A DNA stretch of 64,000 nucleotides from Sphingomicrobium sp. (GTDB taxonomy: Bacteria > Pseudomonadota > Alphaproteobacteria > Sphingomonadales > Sphingomonadaceae). This document shows positions 26,666 to 34,721 of this stretch, piece by piece. The DNA lies in contig DATCMI010000001.1 in NCBI GenBank assembly GCA_036563485.1, forward strand, positions 516,938 through 580,937. The letters run 5' to 3'. Every line of letters begins with the position of its first letter. Within the stretch, counting starts at the first letter, position 1. Made by a program: the position numbers and the translations under genes. Below the pieces are notes generated by a model, which was not told the DNA's origin, made no database searches, and saw only the letters and a program-made list of their open reading frames with translations.

Positions 26666-27777
26666 CGCCGCTTCGGCTTCGACTTCGATTGTGGCTGAGC
26701 CCCACGCGAGCGCCGCTCGCCCCGGCGCTCTCGCCTCTTGTCCTTGGCGATGGCCACCGCCTTGCGCTTCTTTGCCTCGCGCGTCGGCTCCGGCTTCTGG
26801 TCCAGGGGCATGAAGTCGCCGGTCATCTGGCTGAAACCCAGAGTCTCGAGACTTTCTGCAAAATGGGGTGGAAGGTCGGCGGTGACGTCGATCTTGCCGC
26901 CTTCGACGGCATCGATGCGGATGCTCCGCGCATGGAGGTGAAGCTTGCGGCTGACGCCGCCGGTCAGGAACGCGTCCTGGCCGCCATATTTGGCGTCGCC
27001 CACGATCGGGTGGCCCATCGCCGCCATGTGCGCGCGAAGCTGGTGCGTGCGGCCGGTCAGCGGCTGCAGCTCGACCCAAGCCGTGCGGTTGCCCGCGCGA
27101 TCGATCACGCGCCAGCGGGTCTTGGCGGGCAGCCCATGTTCCTCGCTGATGTGCATCTTCTCGCCGCCGGTGCCCGGCTGCTTGGCGAGCGGCGCATCGA
27201 TCAGCCCCTCTTCCCCTGACACGTCGCCGACCACCAGCGCCCAATAGACCTTGCGCGCCGTGCGCCCCGAAAAAGCTCGGGAGAAATGGGCCGCCGCACG
27301 CGCGCTGCGGGCGACCAGCAAGGCGCCGGACGTGTCCTTGTCGAGCCGGTGCACGAGCTTCGGCCGCGCGCCCTCATCGTCGGCAAGCCCGTCGAGCAGT
27401 CGGTCGAGGTGCTGCGTTGTCTTGGTGCCGCCCTGCGTCGCAAGGCCCGGAGGCTTGTTGAGCACGAAAGCATGGCGGTCGCGGTAGATCACCATGTCGC
27501 GGACGAGCTGCTCTTCCTCGGCCGTCAGCACTTCGCGCTGCCGCTGCGGACGCGCCGTTCGCGCGGGCTGCGCCTCGGGCGGCGGCACCCGGATCTCCTG
27601 CCCGGCCTCGAGCCGGTCGCCCGGCAGGGCCCGCTTGCCGGCCACCCGCAACTGCCCCGTCCGTGCCCAGCGCGAGACGATGTTGAAGCTGACGTCCGGC
27701 ATGTGCCGCTTGAACCAGCGGTCGAGGCGAATGCCGTCGTCGTCCTCGCTGACGGTGAAAGTGCGTCCTTCGCTCAC
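26662..27777 (-). CDS. RluA/RluC-family 23S rRNA pseudouridine synthase with a Lys/Arg-rich C-terminal tail
   Basis: S4-like N-terminus (IRLDRWFKRHMPDVSFNIVSRWARTGQLRV) and catalytic HRLDKDTSGALLVA. GTG at 27777 chosen. Confidence 0.88.
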   Translation of the reverse strand: MSEGRTFTVSEDDDGIRLDRWFKRHMPDVSFNIVSRWARTGQLRVAGKRALPGDRLEAGQEIRVPPPEAQPARTARPQRQREVLTAEEEQLVRDMVIYRDRHAFVLNKPPGLATQGGTKTTQHLDRLLDGLADDEGARPKLVHRLDKDTSGALLVARSARAAAHFSRAFSGRTARKVYWALVVGDVSGEEGLIDAPLAKQPGTGGEKMHISEEHGLPAKTRWRVIDRAGNRTAWVELQPLTGRTHQLRAHMAAMGHPIVGDAKYGGQDAFLTGGVSRKLHLHARSIRIDAVEGGKIDVTADLPPHFAESLETLGFSQMTGDFMPLDQKPEPTREAKKRKAVAIAKDKRRERRGERRSRGAQPQSKSKPKRR

Positions 27778-27797
27778 GCGGCGCCGATTAGCCGAAG

Positions 27798-28166
27798 CTA
27801 AGCCTCTCGTCCCGCCCAATATTTGAACGCCCGCCCCTGGATCTTGCGGATCAGCTTGGCGGCCGCGGGACCTTCCCACAGCCCCTTGTAATCATGCTTC
27901 TTCGCGCCGCCGATCCACCAGCCCTGCCCCGGCAGGCCGTCGGACTGGCGCACGACCAGTACCGCTAGCTCCGGCTCGCCGCGCGCTTCCGCTTCATCAT
28001 CAACATAGGTGAGCACCTTGCACAGCGCCCGCATCTTGGGCCGCGTGAATGCGTGGCCGAGTAGCCCGAGCACTTCGGAATAGCTGATCGCCTCGCCGGC
28101 GCGCGCCGAGGCAATGAGGATTGCCCGCACCTCGGCCGGGTCGGCGAGCAGCCCTGCTTCGCTCAC
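27798..28166 (-). CDS. Conserved hypothetical protein
   Basis: 122-aa ORF with normal coding composition. No motif that I can assign. Confidence 0.55.
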   Translation of the reverse strand: MSEAGLLADPAEVRAILIASARAGEAISYSEVLGLLGHAFTRPKMRALCKVLTYVDDEAEARGEPELAVLVVRQSDGLPGQGWWIGGAKKHDYKGLWEGPAAAKLIRKIQGRAFKYWAGREA

Positions 28167-28176
28167 GCTTACTCGC

Positions 28177-28836
28177 TCACTGGGGCTGCTGGGCGAAGTC
28201 CACCGGCGTCAGCTCGAAAACCTGGAGCTTCGATGTGGCTTGCGGCCACGGGATGACGAGGCGCCAGCGGAAGGCGCCGATCCGCTCGACGACGCCGGCC
28301 ATGTCGCGCTTCGGATTGTCGCCATAGGCAAGGGGCTGCTCCTCGTCGCCGAGCGCAAGGCTGCCGAGGAAGATCATCCGCGTTTCGTCGTCATCTTCCC
28401 AAAGACGGCCGACCGGGCGCTGGCTGCCGGTCTGCTTGACGATGGTTAGCTGCCCGCTTTCGACCTCGACATAGCAGAAGAAGGGCTTGAAGCTTTCGAA
28501 TGCCCTGCCCTTTGCGGTCGCCTTGCCGAGCGTGATCAGCCGGCAATTGTAGCTGCCGGGCGTTGGGTCGGGCTTGGCCAGCGCGCCACGCGGAAGGAGC
28601 AATTTTCCTTCCTTGCGAACCTCGCCGGGATTGCTCCGTTTCGCCTCGGCGAGCGCTTCCTGCCAGGCGAGTCCAAGCCGATCGAGCCGGTTCTCGTCCT
28701 GCGTGGTCGCAACGCTTTTCCAGACTTCCGCCTTGAGCGGCGCGCCGACCTCGACGCTGGGACTGACGCCCGGCGGAAGCTTCTTACCCGCGCAGCCTGC
28801 GAGGAGTGCAAGCGCCACCAGGGCGCTCAGCCTCAT
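28177..28836 (-). CDS. Putative lipoprotein
   Basis: MRLSALVALALLAGCAGKK is a lipobox (LAGC). Internal ATG at 28836. Confidence 0.7.
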   Translation of the reverse strand: MRLSALVALALLAGCAGKKLPPGVSPSVEVGAPLKAEVWKSVATTQDENRLDRLGLAWQEALAEAKRSNPGEVRKEGKLLLPRGALAKPDPTPGSYNCRLITLGKATAKGRAFESFKPFFCYVEVESGQLTIVKQTGSQRPVGRLWEDDDETRMIFLGSLALGDEEQPLAYGDNPKRDMAGVVERIGAFRWRLVIPWPQATSKLQVFELTPVDFAQQPQ

Positions 28837-28984
28837 TGCTCCGCTTCCCTGCCTCGCCAATGAGATGATCGACCTCCCCGTTCCGCTTGCGTCACTAACT
28901 GACACCTGGCTCATTCGGTTTCAACCAAGCGGCCGGTCACCACGATCTTTCACCCGGCGCTCACCGCCGCTAGGCGGGCGCGCG

Positions 28985-29911
28985 ATGAACAAGCCCGCCG
29001 AAGCAGCCGAAGCAGCCGCAGCCGACCGTCACGCCCGCGGCGGCTTTGCGCTCGGACTGAGCGCCTACGCTTTGTGGGGCGTGCTTCCGTTCTATTTCAA
29101 AGCGCTCGGCGGCATCCCGGCCGTCGACATCGTCGCTCATCGCATCCTGTGGTCCCTCCCGGTGCTTGCCGCTTTGCTTGCCGTTGGCTCAGGCTGGAGC
29201 AACGTGCGTGCCGCACTCGCTCGCCCGGCTACCCTGGCCCTGCTCTTCGTCACCGCTATCCTGATCGGGGCCAACTGGCTGCTTTACGTTTATGCGGTGA
29301 CCAGCGGCCACATCCTGGCGGCAAGCTTCGGCTATTATCTGAACCCGCTCGCCAACGTGCTCCTCGGCCGCTTCGTGTTGGGTGAGAGACTTTCGCGCAT
29401 GCAGTGGGCGGCCGTTGCGATCGCCGCGGCGGGCATCAGCGTCCTCGCCGCGGGCGCGCTTGCGCAGCTGTGGCTCAGCCTCTCGATGTGCGTCAGCTTC
29501 GCGCTGTACGGCCTGATTCGGAAGATCGTCCCGACCGATGCGGTCACCGGCCTCGCGATTGAAACGACAATGCTGCTTCCGCTCGCCGCCGCCTGGCTCG
29601 GCTGGATGGCCATATTCTCGCATCCGGTGTTCGGCGCCAGCTGGGAAGACACCGCCTTGCTGCTGATCGCCGGCGTGGTTTCCACGACCCCGCTTCTCCT
29701 GTTCACCGCGGCGGCCAAGCGCCTCCCTTATTCGACTTTGGGCATGCTCCAGTTCCTCGCGCCGACGCTCCAGTTCCTGATGGCCGTGCTTCTCTATGGC
29801 GAGCCCTTCACCACCGCTCACGCAATCGCTTTCCCGGCTATCTGGACCGCGCTCGTGCTGTACGTCATCGCGCTGGTCCGTGCGCCGCGCCTCCCGCAAG
29901 CGCCGGAGTGA
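28985..29911 (+). CDS. rarD: EamA/RarD family transporter
   Basis: GGFALGLSAYALWGVLPFYFKAL...VAHRILWS and GYYLNPLANVLLG, with 10 TM segments. ATG at 28985. Confidence 0.88.
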   Translation: MNKPAEAAEAAAADRHARGGFALGLSAYALWGVLPFYFKALGGIPAVDIVAHRILWSLPVLAALLAVGSGWSNVRAALARPATLALLFVTAILIGANWLLYVYAVTSGHILAASFGYYLNPLANVLLGRFVLGERLSRMQWAAVAIAAAGISVLAAGALAQLWLSLSMCVSFALYGLIRKIVPTDAVTGLAIETTMLLPLAAAWLGWMAIFSHPVFGASWEDTALLLIAGVVSTTPLLLFTAAAKRLPYSTLGMLQFLAPTLQFLMAVLLYGEPFTTAHAIAFPAIWTALVLYVIALVRAPRLPQAPE

Positions 29912-29926
29912 TGGTAAGGCGCGCGC

Positions 29927-30148
29927 ATGTTCAACCTCGTCTCGATCATCATCGGCGTCGTCGCGCTCCTCTGTGCGCTCGTCGCCTTCATCCCGCTGCT
30001 CGGCTGGGCCAACTGGCTGATCATCCCGCTGGCAGTGGTCGGTGGCGCCATCGGCATCATCTCGCGCGGGACAACCGGGCGGAACCTCAACTTGTTCGTG
30101 ATCCTGATCGCGGTCGTGCGCCTGTCGCTCGGCGGTGGGATCTTCTGA
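29927..30148 (+). CDS. Small hydrophobic membrane protein
   Basis: 73-aa ORF, MFNLVSIIIGVVALLCALVAFIPLLGWANWLIIPLAVVGGAIGII. Confidence 0.55.
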   Translation: MFNLVSIIIGVVALLCALVAFIPLLGWANWLIIPLAVVGGAIGIISRGTTGRNLNLFVILIAVVRLSLGGGIF

Positions 30149-30191
30149 CTTCGCTTGATTTGATGGCGGCACTTTGCCACCTGCAGCGGCG

Positions 30192-30473
30192 ATGACCGTA
30201 GCCCGCATTTCCGAGCAGGAGCGCAAGAGCACTCAGTCCGGCCGCGCCAATGCCGGCAAGTGGGTGCTCGAGTTCGAACGGCAGGAGCCGCTTCGCCCCG
30301 ATCCGCTGACCGGCTGGAACGGGTCGGGCGATACCAACCCTCAAGTGCGGCTCGCCTTTTCGACGAAGGAAGCGGCGGTCGCCTACTGCGAGAAGCACGG
30401 GCTCCACTATCACCTCGTGCCCGCCGCGCCGGTGCGGCTGAAACTGCAGGCCTACGCCGACAACTTCCGCTGA
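30192..30473 (+). CDS. ETC complex I subunit conserved-region protein (NDUFS4-like)
   Basis: GKWVLEFERQEPLRPDPLTGWNGSGDTNPQVRLAFSTKEAAVAYCEKHGLHY. Confidence 0.85.
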   Translation: MTVARISEQERKSTQSGRANAGKWVLEFERQEPLRPDPLTGWNGSGDTNPQVRLAFSTKEAAVAYCEKHGLHYHLVPAAPVRLKLQAYADNFR

Positions 30474-30545
30474 GGCGCGCAGCCCGGCTTGAACTCACTC
30501 CATAGTGGAGGCAAACTGCCCCTGCCGAGCTAGGGGGACGTCTGC

Positions 30546-31690
30546 GTGTCGCGGATATACGGCTAGTCATCGGCACCAGGCCCGAGGCGATCAAGCTCGA
30601 GCCGCTCGCCAAGGCGTTGGCGGCCGCCGGCCTCCCGCCGTCGATCATCTTCACCGGCCAGCACGCAACGTTGCGGGCGGAAGATCATGGTCTCGAGGCG
30701 TTCGCGAGCATCCATCTCGGCTGCTCGGGCCAGCGGGACCCGCATCGTCATGTGCGCGCGGTCACGGCGGCAATGCTGGCGAAATTCGCGCCGCGCCCAG
30801 ATCTCGTCATCGTCCAAGGCGACACCTCGACTGCTCTTGGCGGGGCCCTTGCGGCGTTCACAGCGGGCGTTCCGGTGGCGCATGTCGAGGCCGGACTTCG
30901 CACACACGACCCGCAGCTGCCTTGGCCTGAGGAAGAATATCGGGTTGCGATCGACGCTAAGGCGCACCTGCTGTTCGCCCCGACCGCCGGATCGGCCGCC
31001 AACCTCCGGGCTGAAGGCGTTCCGGGATCAATCCATGAAACCGGCAATATTGGGATCGACGCCCTGCTAGCCGCGGAAAGACGCCTGCCGCCGCTCGGCC
31101 TTTGCGAGCGCACGAAGCCGCGTCTTCTCGTCACCTGCCACCGCCGGGAAAGCTGGGGCGAGGGCCTGCAGTCGATCGCCGCGGCCGTGGTTGCCCTCAC
31201 CTCGGACGGCGGCTGCGACGCACAGTTCATCCTTCACCCGAACCCCGCGGTTCGGGCGCGCATGGAGGCACTGCTTCGCGACCGCTCCGGAATCGAGCTC
31301 CTTGAGCCATGCGCCCATCTTGAGCTGCTCCGCCTCCTTCGCGATGCCGACCTGGTGCTCAGCGATTCCGGCGGCATCCAGGAGGAAGCGCCGGCGCTCG
31401 GCGTCCCCTTGCTGGTGCTTCGCGACAAGACCGAGCGGCCGGAAGGTGTCGCGTCGGGCAATTGCCGGCTTGTCGGCACCTCGACTGAGCGGATAGTCGG
31501 GGAAGCGCGCACGCTGCTCCGCGATCCGCTCGTCCGCGCCGCCATGAGCCGCCGCGCCCTCCCCTACGGCGACGGCCGAGCCGCGCCCCGCATAGCGGCG
31601 ATCATTCGCGAATGGCTGACCGCCGGCAGTCCCGCCCAGGCCTATGTCGGAGCGTTGATCGAGAAAATGAATGCCGCGAAGCGGTGGTGA
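30546..31690 (+). CDS. wecB: UDP-N-acetylglucosamine 2-epimerase (non-hydrolysing), with a start-proximal frame disruption
   Basis: The conserved N-terminus IRLVIGTRPEAIKLEPLAKAL is in frame from about 30557. That frame has no ATG/GTG/TTG between the TAG at 30503 and the TTG at 30617. A GTG at 30546 with an AGGGGGA SD is 2 nt out of frame. Downstream motifs include HVEAGLRT, DSGGIQEEAPALGVPLLVLR and TERPEGV. Confidence 0.85.
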
Positions 31691-31760
31691 CCCCTACGGG
31701 ACTCGAACCCGTGTTTTCGCCGTGAGAGGGCGACGTCCTAGACCGCTAGACGAAGGGGCC
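31685..31760 (-). tRNA. tRNA-Glu (anticodon CUC)
   Basis: Reverse complement GGCCCCTTCGTCTAGCGGTCTAGGACGTCGCCCTCTCACGGCGAAAACACGGGTTCGAGTCCCGTAGGGGTCACCA folds as a cloverleaf with anticodon loop CTCTCAC and an encoded CCA. It overlaps the wecB stop by 6 nt. Confidence 0.93.
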
Positions 31761-31838
31761 ACTTGCGCGGAAGGGCGGCCATATGTGGGCTGATCGACCG
31801 CTAGTCAATCGCGCCGTCGCCGCCCCTCCGCTGCTTGA

Positions 31839-33224
31839 TCAATGCAGCTTGAGCCTCACGAAGGCCATCGCGCCGGTCGGATTGTGGCCGCCATAGGCAG
31901 GGGCCAATGCGTCGGGCACGAAGTTTACCGAGAACAGCCCGCCGGCACCGATCGACAGATGGTCGGCAATGCGGAAGTCGCGGACCGCGCCCAGCGACAC
32001 CTTGCCGACGCGATAGGCAGGGCCGTGCTCGTCGGCGGCGACCAACTCGCGATTCTCCGTGACCTCGCCGCGGCCGAACATTGTCCATGGTCCGTGCTTG
32101 ACCGACGCTTCCGCGACGAAGGCATCGTCCTTCAGCGCCTCACCATGGTGCTCGATGGTCTTGCGGCCCCAGGCGAGCGTACCCGCCAGCTTCCAGCCGG
32201 GCGCCACCTCGCGCGCATAGAGCAGGCTGGCCGACCACCGCTTTTGGTCGACCCCCGGCTCCAGCTGTTCCGGGTCGACGAACTTGCCCCAGCTTCCTTG
32301 CAGCGACAGCTCGTTGGTCGGGTTCCACGACAGCCGCACCGCGGTCGAGTCGAGCTTGCCGGTCTCGATGTCGTAGCGATGCTCGTCGGGCTCGCGGCCA
32401 TTGAAGCGGCTCACTTCCAGCTTCACCCTATCCACCACGATGCCGGCGGTCAGGACGCCGAAACTGATGTGCGTCGAATCGAGCCAGTGGTGGCTGATCG
32501 GCGCTTCCGGCGAATCCATGATCGCCTCGCGGTGCATGAATGCCGGCGGCCCGAAGGCCGACTCGCCGGGGAGTCCGCCGTAAAGGAAGATGCTGCTCTT
32601 GCGCCCGATGTTCTGCGACACGGATGCGGACAGCTCCATAAATAGGTCGTGCGGGTGCTGGCGGTCGATCAGCCGGTCCTCGCCATTCGCCGTCTCGCCG
32701 CTGGCAAGGAGCAGCGGATAGCCGCTCTTCCCCATCAAGGGATCGGGGCTGAGGCTCGCCCGCAGCTGCAGTGTTCCATTGCCGAGCGGCCGCCGGGCCA
32801 TGCCCATCAGCATGCCGCTGGCGAACAGCTTCTCGTCACCACGCGGACCGGACTGACGGTCGGCGACCAGGTTGAGGACGCCGTGTCCCATCAGCGTCCA
32901 GTCGCCGGACGTGGTCATCGCGCCCATGTGCTCGCTGTTGTCAGGCTGCCAGGCAGTGCCCGAAGCTTCGCGCTCCATTGGGTAGCCGCCAAGCGCGCCG
33001 CTCATCTGGTGAGAGGCATGAGCTCCTTCGGCCGTGCCATGGTTCATCTTGTGATGGTCCATTGGGGTGGCGGGGGTTTGCTGCTGCGGCTGCGGCTGCG
33101 GGGCAGCTTGGGGCGGCATGGTCATGTCAGGCGTTTGCTGGTGCTGGTGCTGGTGCTGCGCCAGCGCGGGCGCGGCGGTCACCAGCGCGACAGCGCTGAC
33201 CGCCGTACGGAATACGGTTTTCAC
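31839..33224 (-). CDS. Secreted, probably outer-membrane beta-barrel protein with a His/Gln/Pro/Met-rich N-terminal region
   Basis: Signal peptide MKTVFRTAVSAVALVTAAPALA, then QHQHQHQQTPDMTMPPQAAPQPQPQQQTPATPMDHHKMNHGTAEGAHASHQM, then about 380 aa with alternating beta-strand-like pattern ending in AFVRLKLH. Confidence 0.75.
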   Translation of the reverse strand: MKTVFRTAVSAVALVTAAPALAQHQHQHQQTPDMTMPPQAAPQPQPQQQTPATPMDHHKMNHGTAEGAHASHQMSGALGGYPMEREASGTAWQPDNSEHMGAMTTSGDWTLMGHGVLNLVADRQSGPRGDEKLFASGMLMGMARRPLGNGTLQLRASLSPDPLMGKSGYPLLLASGETANGEDRLIDRQHPHDLFMELSASVSQNIGRKSSIFLYGGLPGESAFGPPAFMHREAIMDSPEAPISHHWLDSTHISFGVLTAGIVVDRVKLEVSRFNGREPDEHRYDIETGKLDSTAVRLSWNPTNELSLQGSWGKFVDPEQLEPGVDQKRWSASLLYAREVAPGWKLAGTLAWGRKTIEHHGEALKDDAFVAEASVKHGPWTMFGRGEVTENRELVAADEHGPAYRVGKVSLGAVRDFRIADHLSIGAGGLFSVNFVPDALAPAYGGHNPTGAMAFVRLKLH

Positions 33225-33284
33225 GGTTTCTTCTCCGGGGATCGCCGGCGCCGCGGTTAAGGGCGGCGCCGGCGCGAGATTCAG

Positions 33285-33500
33285 CTAGTGGGCGCCGTGT
33301 TCGGCATGCTCGTCATGGCCGGCTTCATGCTTGGCCATGTCCTTGCAGCAGGCGCAGCAATCCATCTTCTTCTGCTCGCCTTTGCCGTCCACCGGCTTGT
33401 GCTGCATGTGCTGCATGTGGCCCTGCGGCTGCGGAGCCGGTGCCGGCGCCGCCTGCGGTGCTGCGGCGGCAAGGGCGACGGATGCGATCATGATGATCAT
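33285..33500 (-). CDS. Small secreted His/Met/Cys-rich protein (putative metal-binding; CCxCC motif)
   Basis: MIIMIASVALAAAAPQAAPAPAPQPQGHMQHMQHKPVDGKGEQKKMDCCACCKDMAKHEAGHDEHAEHGAH. AGGAGA SD 7 nt upstream of the ATG. Confidence 0.75.
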   Translation of the reverse strand: MIIMIASVALAAAAPQAAPAPAPQPQGHMQHMQHKPVDGKGEQKKMDCCACCKDMAKHEAGHDEHAEHGAH

Positions 33501-33539
33501 TTTGAATTCTCCTGAAAGTGCGTGGATCCTGGTCGACGG

Positions 33540-33866
33540 TCAGGAGCGCTTCGGAGGTGGCGTGGCGGTTTCAGGCGCGAGGCTTGGCAGCTGTTCGGCA
33601 GTTTCCGGCCGCTCGGGCGTGCAGACCAGCGCCATGCCGGCGCTCGGCCGGGCATCTGCGGCAGGCAACGCCGCGGCGCAGGCCATGGTGCATTCGGCGA
33701 AGCCGCGATGCTGGTCCTTGGGTGCCTTGCGGTCCGGGCAATGCTCCATCGGCATCGCCGAAGCATTGTCCGCATGGTGCGGCACCGCGGCCGGTGCCGC
33801 TGACATCCCGAGGGGCATCAGCAGCACCGAAACCAGCAGCAGCAGTTGCGCCAGAACGGCTTTCAT
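33540..33866 (-). CDS. Small secreted Cys/His/Met-containing protein
   Basis: MKAVLAQLLLLVSVLLMPLGMSAAPAAVPHHADNASAMPMEHCPDRKAPKDQHRGFAECTMACAAALP...VCTPE. Internal ATG at 33866, 17 nt after the upstream stop. Confidence 0.65.
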   Translation of the reverse strand: MKAVLAQLLLLVSVLLMPLGMSAAPAAVPHHADNASAMPMEHCPDRKAPKDQHRGFAECTMACAAALPAADARPSAGMALVCTPERPETAEQLPSLAPETATPPPKRS

Positions 33867-33883
33867 TTGAACAGCATAGCCGT

Positions 33884-34642
33884 TCACATCGACACCATCC
33901 AGAAGGCCATGGCGATCATCGCCAGATTTTCCGTCAGCGAGATGAAGCCCAAGGGCACGTTGCTCGATCCGCCGACGCACGCGCATTTGAGCTCGCGCTT
34001 GTCGATGTAGACGGCCTTGATCACGGACACTGCGCCGATCGTCCCGATGAATAAGGCGATCGCCGACGACAGCCAGTGAAGCACGTCGGCAATCATCAGG
34101 ATGCCGGCGGCCGCTTCGGCGAACGCGTAGACGTAACCGTACGGGACCCAGCGCTTGGCGAGCAGGTCGTAGTTCAGGAACATGGTCGAGAAAGTCTCGA
34201 TGTTCTGGAGCTTGAGCATCGCCAAGACGGTCATGCCGAAGGCGACGAACCACTGGAGCGTCCGCCGATTGAACAGCTGTCCGTCGACCGCAAAGGTGCC
34301 GGCGATCGCCATCAGCGCGCTGAGCCCGAACAGCACCAGCACCGGCGTGTAGCTGGTCGCCTTGGGATCGGCGACGCGCTTGCCAAGGAAGCGGCGGAGG
34401 TCGTCATAGCCGCCGACCCGCTGGCCGGCGATGAACACCTGGGGCGTCGTCGCGACCCCGTGCTCGGCCTTGAACGCGTCGGTTTCCTCACGCGTGCGGA
34501 GATGATGGTCTTCGACTTCGTAGCCGGATCGGCGCAGCAGGTCGCGCGCCTTCAGTCCGTACGGGCAGACATGGTGATCCATCACCATGCGATAGAGGAC
34601 CGCCTTCTTCACTGCGGTCGGATGATTGGTCATGTCCGACAT
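33884..34642 (-). CDS. Glutaredoxin-like domain (CPYG) fused to a MauE/DoxX-type membrane domain
   Basis: N-terminal AVLYRMVMDHHVCPYGLKARDLL ... TTPQVFIAGQRVGGYDDL (Grx fold, monothiol CPYG). C-terminal four to five TM segments with KCACVGG, the CxC motif typical of the MauE family. ATG at 34642 follows AGGAG. Confidence 0.8.
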   Translation of the reverse strand: MSDMTNHPTAVKKAVLYRMVMDHHVCPYGLKARDLLRRSGYEVEDHHLRTREETDAFKAEHGVATTPQVFIAGQRVGGYDDLRRFLGKRVADPKATSYTPVLVLFGLSALMAIAGTFAVDGQLFNRRTLQWFVAFGMTVLAMLKLQNIETFSTMFLNYDLLAKRWVPYGYVYAFAEAAAGILMIADVLHWLSSAIALFIGTIGAVSVIKAVYIDKRELKCACVGGSSNVPLGFISLTENLAMIAMAFWMVSM

Positions 34643-34721
34643 CTCACAACTCCTGGTGAACTCGTCGGAAGGCCATATAGGTTCCGTACCATGGTACGGT
34701 GTCAAGAGCCCCGTTTTCGGA

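Noticed and set aside
29189-30654. 347-aa and 278-aa minus-strand ORFs
   Set aside because: They are antisense to rarD, the small membrane protein gene and the NDUFS4-like gene. Arg/Asp/Glu-rich low-complexity translations.
33083-33470. Short tandem repeats as a possible CRISPR or other repeat array
   Set aside because: The units are 6-9 nt, in frame, and simply encode PQ, HQ and HMQ repeats inside two genes. There is no spacer structure. No CRISPR-like array exists anywhere in the window.
31685-34705. tRNA-Glu-adjacent genomic island containing the metal/thiol operon
   Set aside because: There is no integrase, no direct repeat of the tRNA 3' end, and the operon lies on the 5' side of the tRNA. 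Composition looks like the surrounding DNA, so no island was called.
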